Shown here piece after piece: positions 22,606 to 33,735 of a stretch of DNA of 64,000 nt. The position numbers were made by a program, and so were the translations under genes. Under the pieces are notes generated by a model. It ran no database searches, was not told where the DNA came from, and was given only the letters and a program-made list of their open reading frames with translations. Position 1 is the first letter of the stretch, and the number at the start of each line of letters is the position of its first letter. The DNA comes from Zootoca vivipara. Taxonomy: Eukaryota. The stretch covers positions 31,620,001 through 31,684,000 of the forward strand of contig NC_083285.1 in assembly GCF_963506605.1 (NCBI RefSeq), written 5' to 3'.

Positions 22606-23730
22606 CATGGGTGTACCTAGCATGGGGCGGGGGGCAGCTGCCCCCCCCCAGAAGCAAAAAAAAATAAATCGTCCTGCTTCACGGTGGCTGCAGCTGAGCT
22701 GGAGACGCGTCGGGGTCCCGCAAGAAGAGCCTGAAGCAGCTCAGCAAGGCGCAGCGGCGTCGCTAGCCTTCTGGCTGCCCGGGGCAGCAAATCAGAAGGC
22801 ACCCCGCCAGGGGGATGGGGCGTCCGTCACACGCATAAAGGCTAGCGACGCCACTGGGAGGAAGGGACCCGCGCGAAGGGAAAGGAGGAGCAATGGAGAC
22901 AGGGAAGCGGCTTCCTCCTCCTCTCCATTTCTCCCTCCCCTCCTCGAGCTCCAGCGTGAGGGCAGCGTGGGAGCCGCGTCCCTAACCAGCCCAGCCTAAC
23001 CCCGGCGGCGCTGCCACCACCACTTACTGCTCCTGCCGGCTGCGGCCCACCGGCGTGCCCAACCCCGCTGGCCCCGACTCCGAGGGCTGCACATGGGCCG
23101 CTCCTGGCAGCTGCAACAATAGTCCCCAGCGATGCAGCGCCTCAGCAGCTCCTGGGTCGGCGCGCCCTCCGAGCACGCAGCAGACGCCACCGCCGCTTCT
23201 CTTTGGGCTGCAGCGGCAGCAGGAGCCATGGAAAGGGGAGGGGGCTTCGCAGCAGGAGGTGGAGAAGGCGGAGGGGCTCTAAGCCACAGAGCCAGGCCTT
23301 GCCCCTGGGGAGGGATGGAGGGAAAGGAGGGCGGACCTCAGCTCGTGCCCCTGCCGGGTCTGTGGGAAGCAGAGGCAACTTGAGCGCACAGCTGCTCGGC
23401 TGCTCGGCCAGCCCTCCCTCTCTCCCTCCCTCCCCCTCCTACTCAGGCGGGGCAGCCGTTGGTGGAGGTGGTGAGGGGGCACCGTGTTGCCCCCCACAAA
23501 GTGGAGCCCGGGCCCTCCTGCCCCCCTATTGTGATGCCCCTGGCCGCACATGTGCGCTCTCCCCCGGGGCAGCGCCCAGGATGAAACTTCTTCCCGGAGT
23601 CAGTTTCACATGGGCTCCGTAGCCCCGCCCACATTCCCACTTTGTGGCCCCTCCCCTCCCATGCCTTGGCCCTGCCCCTGAACAACCATGGCTTGCCCTC
23701 CCCCTAGTTTTGATCCTGGGTACGCCCCTG
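22606..23730. mobile_element. Non-autonomous hAT-type element (1125 bp) with mosaic GC-rich interior
   Basis: TIR CATGGGTGTACCTAG / CTGGGTACGCCCCTG; perfect 8-bp TSD CATGGGGA (22598-22605, 23731-23738); ends shared with 12468-13049. Confidence 0.88.
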
Positions 23731-23748
23731 CATGGGGATGCTATAAAG

Positions 23749-23844
23749 CAGGTTTCCTCAAACTCGGCCCTCCAGATGTTTTTGGCCTACAAGTCCCATG
23801 ATCCCTAGCTAGCAGGACCAGTGGTCAGGGATTGAGGAAGCCTG
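23749..23844. mobile_element. hAT (Charlie/Buster-like) MITE, internally deleted
   Basis: CAGGTTTCCTCAA..TTGAGGAAGCCTG TIR; TSD CTATAAAG (23741-23748, 23845-23852). Confidence 0.85.
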
Positions 23845-24233
23845 CTATAAAGCTACTGAAGAAGAATGGTGCAGGGTTTGTTTGTTTGTTTTTTAGTTAT
23901 GCCACTCTGGTTGTGAGTTTCTGATTAGTGTCTAACTGTGCCCATGCAAGTTTCCTCAACTTTGATTGGCCACAAAAAATAGTTGTACTCAAATACTTCT
24001 TCCCCCTGCCACACAGGACATTTTCAAGCAGTTTTGCAGCAACAAGTGCCATTCCCTGGCTTTTCTTAAATAGGAAGGCCCTGTAATTAATGTTTTCTAT
24101 CTAAATCAGAAAGGAAGATGGTCCAATAGTATATAAAATATAACTATATCATTTTAGGAGAACAACATCCTTAAGTCTGGAATGTATAAAGAGTTACTAA
24201 TGAGGAATAGTATGGAGAAGAGAGCAGGGGATA

Positions 24234-24423
24234 GGTAAAAAAGGTAAAGGTAAAGGACCCCTGGACGGTTAAATCCAGTCAAAGGCGACTCTGGGGTTGC
24301 GGCACTCATCTCGCTTTCAGGCCGAGGGGGCCGGTGTTTGCCCACAGACAGCTTTCCAGATCATGTGGCCAGCATAACTAAACCACTTCTGGCACAACGA
24401 AACACTGTGACGGAAACCAGAGA
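24234..24423 (-). mobile_element. Sauria SINE, 5'-truncated, flanked by 112-bp direct repeats
   Basis: (ACCTTT)n tail at 24234-24256; repeats at 24122-24233 and 24424-24535. Confidence 0.9.
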
Positions 24424-24789
24424 TCCAATAGTACATAAAATATAACTATATCATATTAGGAGAACAACATCCTTAAGTCTGGAACGTATAAAGAGTTACT
24501 AATGAGGAATAGTATGGAGAAGAGAGCAGGGGATAAGGAGATGTAAAAGTTAAAGATCCAAAAAGGTCTTTGGTTTTTCTTTTAAAAGTGGTGGTAGCCA
24601 ATTGATGCCTTTGCACTCATGGAACAGCTTTTGTTGCAGCAGACACCGCCACTCATGGAAGTGGAGGAGAGGCATTTTTTGCCCCAAACACTGTCCCACT
24701 ACCAATGTTTACAAAAAGATAAAATTGCCAGTCTTAGCTGCTTTTGTATATAGAATAGAAAAGAGTGCCATTGTGTCTTTGCAGCAGGC

Positions 24790-24790
24790 A

Positions 24791-24838
<48 letters not shown>

Positions 24839-24840
24839 TA
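24790..24840 (+). repeat. (ATT)n microsatellite, tail of an L2-like remnant on - strand
   Basis: Direct read. Confidence 0.85.
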
Positions 24841-26011
24841 CTAATTTATCTGCCCTTCACCCAGGGCAGGTTACAACATTAAAACAGCCCTGAGAAAGAT
24901 AGTTTTTTTAAAAGGAGGGAGGTAATGGAGAGTCCTTAACCATTAGCCAAACTGCTCACTTTTGAAAAGTCTTGGGAACATTCTAGCTGACACTAAAAAC
25001 TAGACAAGAATGACACCTAATTCTACTGCTATCATCTACGAAGCCCTACCTTGGGCAGCCAGAGATCTAAACACTGCAATAGATGGCACCTGAAACTAGA
25101 GGAATAAGATGATGAATAGGAAAATGAAATAATGTATATATCACATTGCAATTGTCAACACTCTGTACGTACTTTATCTCACTAATTATTATCTACCTGT
25201 TTTGAAGCATTTCTGAGGTAGTAATATGCTTATTAAAATCGAATGCCTATCCTGGCAAATAGGTGGTGAATGCCTACTTTTGTGACAGGATTTTAATAAG
25301 GGTCTCCTGACACCCCCAAGACCTCCTCTAGCACCTCACTGTGATTATTGCTGGAAAACTATTAAAGTGACTGTGCCGATGTTTTGCTGCATTATGAACA
25401 TGTCAAGTTATGCCAGTTCCTATTAAATTGCGCAGAGAATTAAATTTGCAGCTGGAAAACTGTGACAGTGTACTTCATTGGTTTATTTTTGAGGCTGGAG
25501 TTGGGATTTTGAACTTTAAAATATTGGGATTTTATATTAGAACTAGGCAGTGAAGCTCTGATCCTGCAAGTGCTGGGTTTGTGTAATTCACATTGTTATC
25601 TACACATGTCCTGAAGGCACAGAGCCCCAATGGGTGCTTAATATGTGATTTATGTAAAATAACTTCTTATTCTTTCCTTCTGTGAATGGCATTCAGTTAA
25701 GAGCTTTTAGAAAAACTCATGTACATAATGCATTATGGAACATTTCTTTTTAAGTATTTTGAAATAAAAAATGTGCTTGTTCTATAGTTGCAGTGTGCAA
25801 TAAATTGAACTTAGGAAGTATTTATGGGCTATTCTTATGCAGTGATATCCAGTAATTGGACTAATGCATTCAGTTTGAAAGCGGGGCAGAAATACCCTAC
25901 TTATTAACAAGAAAGTTATTTGTAAGGGTGTTCTGCATTCTGTATTCTCTCATGTGGAAGTACAATGCCTAGCATACTAAATTAATGCTAAATAGTAGTA
26001 GTGTTATCTTA

Positions 26012-26832
26012 GACAGGGGCAGCAGCCTAGCAAAACTTTGCGTGCCGAGGTACCAAGACTTCCCACCAAAATTAAGTTTTGGTTTTTGGCATGAATTTTG
26101 ACCACAGCTTTATTTAAATGCAACTGAATGTGAGTGATTGCTTAGGCATTGGTTCCCATGCCATCTGTCCCCCGCCTGGGACAGATCTGACTCCCCTAGT
26201 GTACTGGGGAAGTAAGGATAGGTAAGCACCCTCTGAGAGAGGCTGGGGCAGGGCACCACGCCCTATGACCTCTCCCCCAGGTGCTCCCCGAGGCTCATGC
26301 GCGGTCCTAGCCCCTAGTGGGGATACGGACAAATATGTGGAGCCCCAGGATTCCTTTAACGGAATACCCCTAAAGGCAGCAGCAATTTTGAGGGGCAGGC
26401 ACAGCCAAATCCTTACCCCTCCACCATCCAATTTGAACCAATGCCTAACCGCCAACCTTACAAGTTGTGACAGTTTGCTATGTAGTAGGCAAAAACCACC
26501 TGTCACCAGCCAATCAGCCAGATGGCAAAATTCCTACTAGGCCCCCGCAGCAATATGGATGACCCCATGACAGGCACAGCAACGTCAAACGCAGCAAAAA
26601 AAACAAAACTAAATATAGGGAGGGAGGGAGATCTGTTGCAAGCACCCAAAAGCGCAAGCGCAAGCTGCTTGCACCCAATATATAGGCTGTGGCTGTCAAT
26701 CAAAATTAGCAACATAACATTCTCCCCAGCAACAAACCCTCAGTGGCCATCCAAACTGACCCGCCCCTACTGACCAGGGAATGTATTGTTAACCCTTCCG
26801 CAGCCCATGCTCTCCTTAAGGGGAGAACCTGC
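26012..26832 (-). mobile_element. Unclassified LTR-like or Ngaro/DIRS-like terminal repeat block
   Basis: GC-elevated block in AT-rich intron; on - strand TATATA ~26683-26678 and AATAAA 26114-26109; many hairpins; no TG..CA or TSD found. Confidence 0.35.
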
Positions 26833-26893
26833 TTTATCAAAACTTAATTGGTCTCAGTGCCTTCTAAAGTGTACTACAGAGATATGTATAATA

Positions 26894-26944
<51 letters not shown>
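26894..26944 (+). repeat. (AAT)n microsatellite
   Basis: Direct read. Confidence 0.9.
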
Positions 26945-28466
26945 TAAAATACATATTCTACTGAGAGGACCCACAAGAGGGTGGGACCCACATAACTAAT
27001 CAAATTGCAAATAAAACACATTTCTAATAGCAATTAACAAAGTACATAACACGCCTATAGTCACTGATGTAGGAGTAAACCCCACTGCACTCAAGAGAAC
27101 TTACTTATGGTAACCATGTATAGAATATAATAACAGTCTACTGGATTGGGTGAAAGGCCCGTCTAGCATGGTATCTTATTCTCACAGTGGCCAACCCAGT
27201 GCCTATGGGGTTGCACTGTAATGCTTACATTAAAATAGAAACCTTACTGCAGCAAGGGTAAAATATGTTACACATTACATCTGGCAACAAGCCCATTTAA
27301 ATAAAGGTATGTTCAATTTATCGTTAAGGAGACACAAAGCTGGCTAATTTAAATTGGGAGAAAGCTCTGGAATCATTACCATGGAAAAGGACCTGCCTTT
27401 CGTGCTCATTGGCCAAATCTCCTGCGATGGCATCAAGAGCATGGCCTCTGAAATTGATCTTAATTCCCATGCAGGTCTAATGTGACCTGGTCCAAAGCCA
27501 TTGGGGAATTCAAAGACTGGAATCATCAACTGAGTCCAGAAGTTAATAGTAAGCCAACTGGTTTGACATAACACCCCTGATAATTGACTTTGCTGGCTGG
27601 GGCTGATAGTAACTGGAGTTCAACTACACCTGGATGTTCGCGACCCCAAGTTTTCTATAAAAAGAGGTGCCAGAACTCACCATGAATGCCTCCCTTGTTC
27701 TCTTATAATGGCAATGAGAAATGCTGGAACTGAGTGAGTTCCGGCTTGGGGGGGGGGAGCCCTAACATAACATAATCGTTTACTGCTTAGAATTACACTT
27801 CCTTCTTTTTTTCTTTTTGTGTTTCTGTTTACCTTACTCCGATCAAGCTTTCAAAAATCCATTTGTCAATTTAACCCCCCCCCCAAAAAAAACTCAGTTC
27901 AGAAACCTGCTCTTTATTTCAAATGTGACACGGGTGCCGTTTTGGCTTGATGCAAGTGCAAAGGAAAAAGAGGTCAGGAAAACATAAGACAGCATGAGGT
28001 TTACTATTCATAACTTCCAGTCTGGCATATCCTTTTCAGATTACATGTCTGCGATGGTAATCAGTTGGCATGGAACCATTTATTCCAGAATGCCAATTTC
28101 TAAACTGTCTTGTCTTGTGAAACATTTGTTGATAGATAGGGCTTTAAGTCCCCAAGATTGGGTTGGGTTTCCTAGTTCACAGAAAATTGGGTTTAGAAGA
28201 AAGATTAGCAGATGAAAGGAAAATGTCTGAAGTACTTTTAATTCAAGCATAGCATTTGGAATTATAAAGAAGAAGAAAACTCGCCAGAGAGAGAAGTCAA
28301 AAGTGATTTGACTGATAGCAATTGAGAGCCAGCCATTCAAATAATTCTGCTGTGATTCTGTGTATGTAACCATTTAGCAACATCACCTTCCAGCATATAA
28401 AATGCACCCCAAGGAGGAAGAAAAAGACAAACTAGGAAAAATTGAAAGTCTTTTTTTATTACTATA

Positions 28467-29094
28467 CTAGTAGATTTCAGCCTGTTCAATAACGGGCGCT
28501 AGAATCCTGGGGTTCGGAGAAGCACTTCTCCGAAGCCTGGGACCTGTCCTTGTTGTCGGCGGCAGGGGGGCAGGAATGGAGGAGGAGAAAGCGCTGCTTT
28601 CTCCTCCTCCGTTCCTCTCCCGCAGCCGCCGACAGCAAGGAGACATCCCAGGGTTCGGAGAAGCGCTTGCGCAGCGCTTCTCCGAACCCTGGGACCTGTC
28701 CTTGCTGTCGGCGGCAGGGGGACAGGAACGGAGGAGGAGAAAGCGCTGCTTTCTCCTCCTTCCTTCCTCTCCTCCAGCCGCCGACAGGAAGGACGGGGGA
28801 CACAAATGCCTACCTTGCCGCCGCTGCTTCGCGGCCTCCCGCTGCTCCTCTTATGGGCCAGGGAGGGTTGTGAGGAGGAGGCCTCCGCCGGCCTCCACCC
28901 TCGCTTCCCTGACGTGCCCTGCAGTGAGGCGGTGTCCGGCCGGGAGCGGCGGTTGGAGGAGGCAGAGGGGGGGAGAGAGAGTGTGTGTGCAGTCTCTGCT
29001 GTCCAATCCCTGTGTCCCTGGGGCCCATGCGCAGTGACCCAGGGACACACGGGAAAACTTGGACGCAGGGACACAGGGACTTTATTATATAGGA
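28467..29094 (-). mobile_element. Non-autonomous Helitron (628 bp)
   Basis: - strand: A|TCCTATATAATAAAG ... GCCCGTT-ATTG-AACAGGC hairpin (28497-28480) ... CTAG|T; AT target and no TSD. Confidence 0.88.
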
Positions 29095-31261
29095 TTAATG
29101 TGTGAATTTGAAATTTATATTATGCTGTCCTAATAATTACAACTGAGCTTCATTTCCTCATATGACTTCTCTGTATTCCTTCTTTAAGATTGTCCCCCAC
29201 ATTATAAGATTTGCAGGGCATGGAAATGTATACAGTATTACACCACACCTTCCTATAGTATAGATCATTTGAATAAGCAACTCCCCATAGGAAGGAATGA
29301 TTGGGATATTATTAAGATAAAGACTGCAATCCAGAAGGGATATACATCATCTGCATGAACTTGAATGTTTATAAATGCTGTATTGTCATAAAATGTACAA
29401 ATCCCTCAGTGTCCATACCACAAAGAGGAATGACTAGTCATTAGAGGTCTGGAGAAAACATTTCGCTACCTTATGGATCTAGTGCAGTCGGAGCTGGCAG
29501 GGCTACAGTAGTGAATTGTTCCTTTCTATATTTGTTCCCACAGTGACGCAACTACTTTAGAAAGTTAGCCGCACTGAGTTCTGAGGGATTTTCTCCCATG
29601 AAGGTGTGCATAGGATTGGAGACTAAATAAAACAGCTGTCACCACCTCACCTCCTGCTTACCTGAAAGGGATTTTCTTTTGCCTGTCCTGCATATGCATT
29701 TTAATTTAATTTTAAAGCTGGGCTATATGTAGGCCTGCAGGCATCAAATCAGTGGTCCGCTTTCACTTTTGTAACAAGTGGGAGCCCCCATTTCTCCTAC
29801 AGTATATAGCCAATAACAGCTCACACCTACAACCAAATTTGGAACAACTCTAGTCAATGTACTCCAGTTCTTCTCCCCTTTTTGCCACGGCAGACTGAGG
29901 AATTTGCCTCCGGAAGGTGATGGTATGAAAGCAGTTCCAATCCTGCTTATGATCTGTGGCCTCTTTACTCCACAGTGCAAACTAACATGTTAGCACATAT
30001 GAAGAGTCAAGCTGGATCAGACCAAAGGCCTGTCTGTTCCAATATTCTGTTTCCACAGTGACCAGCAAGACACCTGTGGGAAGCCCTCAGTCAGAAAAAA
30101 GCCCTCTTCCACTCATGTTCCCAACAACTAGTACTGCATTCATATTGCCTCTGATACCTGGAGTTAACGTATAGCCATCTTGCCATTAAAGAGCTGCCAT
30201 CTTTTTAAAGTAAGGAAGAAAGAAAAACAGATAAGAACAGTAGAAGAACCCTGCTATATCAGACTAAAGAATTATCTATTCCAATATCCTCTTCTCACAA
30301 TGACCAGCCACATGCCTGTGGGGAGCCAACGATCAGGGCATGAGTGCATGGCATTCTCTCTGACAGCCAGCCATCCTATGGGGACAGTAACATAGGATAG
30401 TTGCATTTGCCGTTCTAATAGAACCAGGGAGGTTTTCATGGTGAGTTCTGGCACCTCTTCTTTCAGAAAAATAGCATTGTGCATATCTGTCTCTATAATA
30501 TATCAGCACATGTTTCCTCCTTTCCATTTTTGTAGTGGTACAGCCAAATTTCATCCTAACAGGCCCCATGCCTCATTAATGACAACATCTTTTACATTGC
30601 GTTTTGGTATCAAAGAGACAGAAAGTTGTTACATTCAATATTTCCCCCCTGTGACTTAATTATTTCTATTTGAAACAGCAGGAAGAATTTAGGTAGGAAG
30701 GATGCAATTGCTTTGTCTGGAACTTGGCCAGATCCCTAACCAAGAGCAATCAAGCTCCCACTAAAGCAATTCACTGTCTTTCCATTTACTTAAATGGCAC
30801 TTGGGCATTGCTGGAGAAAAGGTTCTGTGGCATCTTTAATGACCGCATGCTCTTCAGGACATTGGTTTTATGTCTCACGCAGAGGGCAATATTCCCTGAT
30901 GGCCATTGCTACATTTGTAAGCCCCCCCCACCTTCTAACCCATCACAGCTCTGTTAAATGAGCAGTTTGTTAGTGTAATGGAACAACTGTTTCTCTCACG
31001 CTATGCAGGCACTCTTTCGACTCATTGCTCAGATTGTTTTGGGGTTATTTTATGCCTGAGGTTCTTCTGGTTTAGGCATGCCTTCCAACATTACCCAGAT
31101 TTTAAAAAATAAAATAAAAAAATACATTTCCGGGCATGAGTATCTAATAAGGCCCAGGAGAAGCAGGTCCTGGGGTGCAGCCTTTAGCAATCCTTGAATG
31201 ATACTGAACTAAAAGTATTATATTGAACTTCGTTAGCAAATATCCAATGGCTGGGAATGGA

Positions 31262-31460
31262 CAGGGCTGTCTTAAGCGGGTCAGGTGCCCTGGCGCCGTG
31301 GTGCGCGGGTCGCTCCGGCGCTCCCGCCCCGCCCCGTTTCTTCCCGCGGCTGGTGGGCAGGCACAGCGCGCAGCATGGTTTCCACGCGCCTTCGCCGTGC
31401 AGCGCCCCTCTGCCGACCTGGCGCCCCGCGCCACCCAGCCTACCCCTAGAGCTGGCCCTG
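31262..31460. mobile_element. GC-rich hAT-type MITE
   Basis: CAGGGC..GCCCTG termini; 8-bp TSD GGAATGGA/AGAATGGA. Confidence 0.75.
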
Positions 31461-31792
31461 AGAATGGATGAGAGGGGCAAAGCCTCGATGCAAACTTTGG
31501 GGAGGAAATATTGTCCTTTTCTGGTGGCCTGGTTTACTGGGGAAACTGGTGGTGGGGAACACCTTCTTTCTTCCCTACAGATGGTTCTGCTGCCACTGCA
31601 AATAGCAGCGAAAATCGTATTGCATCATTTCAGGGACACTGTGGATGGGAAATGCCCCCTGAGCACCATTCTAGCACACCACATGCTCCTGGAACAGTGC
31701 CACATTGTGTCATGATGTCATTTCAAAAGGAATGTTGTGGAGTAATATGGTACCCACAGTGTCAACGGTAGGAGCTACAATGCTGCTTGCAG

Positions 31793-31890
31793 TGAAGAAG
31801 TGTGCATACACACGAAAGCTCATACCATGACAAACTTGGTTGGTCTCTAAGGTGCTAATGGAAGGAATTTTTTAAAATTTTGTTTCCACT
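31793..31890 (+). mobile_element. Penelope-like pLTR fragment, truncated inside the hammerhead core
   Basis: TGAAGAAGTGTGCATACACACGAAAGCTCATACC..GGTCTCTAAGGTGCT matches the reverse complement of 7010-7091. Confidence 0.8.
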
Positions 31891-32386
31891 CTGTTGCTGT
31901 CACTTTTCCCAGTAAGCCCCCTAGTCCAGTTACTGAAAAAAGTGAAAGCAACCTTCATCTGCATTAACAAGAGGCATACTGCTCTGATCATGAGAAGTAA
32001 TGAGTCCTGTTCAGGAATCCAAAGAACACAATGAGGAAAAAAGTGTGTAAGAGGACAAAGGTCTTGTGTGCATGCTGCCAGCATCTGAATTTCTGTTTGG
32101 GTCCATGTGATGGACCTGCCCTCAACATTCCCGTTCCACCCCTGACTTTCCCAAATTACATGGGAAGGGTCTGAAGGGGGCATGTATGCTGAATAAGCTT
32201 AAAAGCTACCCCACAATTGGGAACTTGGCATTATCCAGGCTCCTGGTTGTAGGGAGTATTCTAAGCACTCTCAAGCCCCCTCAATGCAGGAAGGGTCAGA
32301 GGTGCAGCAGGTGGCGCTAGGAATGTTGGGAGGCAGTTCCAACATTTACACCCCAATGCCCCCCCCACACTTTATGTCTTCACCTA

Positions 32387-32736
32387 GGTAAAGGGTAAAG
32401 GGACCCCTGACCATTAGGTCCAGTTGTGACCGACTCTGGGGTTGCGCGCTCATCTCGCATTATTGGCCGAGGGAGCCGGCGTATAGCTTCCAGGTCATGT
32501 GGCCAGCATGACAAAGCCGCTTCTGGCAAACCAGAGCAGCACATGGAAACGCCGTTTACCTTCCCGCTGTAGCGGTTCCTATTTATCTACTTACATTTTG
32601 ACGTGCTTTCGAACTGCTAGGTTGGCAGGAGCTGGGACCAAGCAACAGGAGCTCACCCCGTCACAGGGATTCGAACCGCTGACCTTCTGATCAGCAAGCC
32701 CTAGGCTCAGTGGTTTAACCACAGCGCCACCTGGGA
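32387..32736 (-). mobile_element. Sauria SINE, near full length
   Basis: A and B boxes, ACCTTT tail, short TSD CACCTA. Confidence 0.92.
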
Positions 32737-32754
32737 CACCTAAACAAGGCTAAT

Positions 32755-32826
32755 GTTCTGTTCTATGCTGTGCTGGTCAGCCTGCATCTGGAGTATTGGG
32801 TTGTGTTTTAGCTACCTCATTTTAAG
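32755..32826 (+). mobile_element. CR1 LINE ORF2 fragment
   Basis: Degenerate YAVLVSLHLEYWVVF*LPHFK, resembling the CR1 LVRPHLEYCVQFW motif. Confidence 0.55.
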
Positions 32827-33599
32827 CAGGTGGTTGGTGATACTGCTGCTGTTGCAACCCAGCTTGGGACAGGTTGTGTCATGGGTCCATCCCAGCAGCT
32901 GAAGATCAGTGGTCCAGTCTAATATGTTCAGGGTTTGTTTGTTTTTAGTCTGTCTTCCCCTTTTAGCTGGATTCCCCTCCTAAATTCTTTATCATCTTTG
33001 ATAAAGAATTTTATTTATGTATTTATTTAGATTTATATACCACCCTTCATCAGAACCCTTCACAGAATTTCCAGCTAATCAACATGAATATTTCCAACTC
33101 ATCAAGATAGTTTTTGAAATGTAGCTGCCATTACCGATGAGCAGAGCAGTGCTTTAAGTTTGGAAAGTTCACCACGATGCTCTTGTTGACACAAAACCTA
33201 AAATAGCATTAGCTTTTAAAGCCACATCACATTATTGACTCAGGTTTCTTATCTAGTATAACATCTTAATCTTTTCCCAAAAGCACTATTGCTCAACTAG
33301 TTTTTTTCTCCATCTTCTGCTGGAGCATTTGTTTTTGTTTTTACTGAGTAAACTTCACTTCATTAGTCCTCCTTGAATTTCATTAACCCCATTTGAAGAG
33401 TTTGCAGCTTTGTCAGAATCCATCTGTGTAAAACTTCCCTTCTTTTCTCCACCCACCAGGCAAATTCACTCTAAGACCACAAAAGAAGGTGAGAAAAGAA
33501 CCTGATTCTTGGCCTCAAGGTTCACAGTCCAGTTCTACAGTCCTGGACACATGAAGGCACACTCTGATAGTATTCCTCCTATTTCACTAGGGTCTATAC

Positions 33600-33735
33600 C
33601 AGGCATCCCCAAACTTCGGCCCTCCAGATGTTTTGGACTACAATTCCCATCTTCCCCAACCACTGGTCCTGTTAGCTAGGGATCATGGGAGTTGTAGGTC
33701 AAAACATCTGGAGGGCCGAAGTTTGGGGATGCCTG
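33600..33735. mobile_element. hAT (Charlie/Buster-like) palindromic MITE, 136 bp
   Basis: CAGGCATCCCCAAACTTCGGCCCTCCAGATGTTTTG long TIR; TSD GTCTATAC. Confidence 0.92.

Noticed and set aside
22607-23685. Multiple 60-140 aa ORFs and an apparent CpG-island promoter
   Set aside because: Entirely within a TIR/TSD-bounded element, so not an ancestral SYT1 promoter or a nested gene.
26440-26480. CCTAA..TTACAAG motif reminiscent of a twister ribozyme
   Set aside because: Could not build the required P1, P2, P4 stems or pseudoknots.
28467-29105. ORFs up to 191 aa and a CRISPR-like repeated palindrome
   Set aside because: Interior of a Helitron; the repeats have no unique spacers, and the DNA is eukaryotic with no cas genes.
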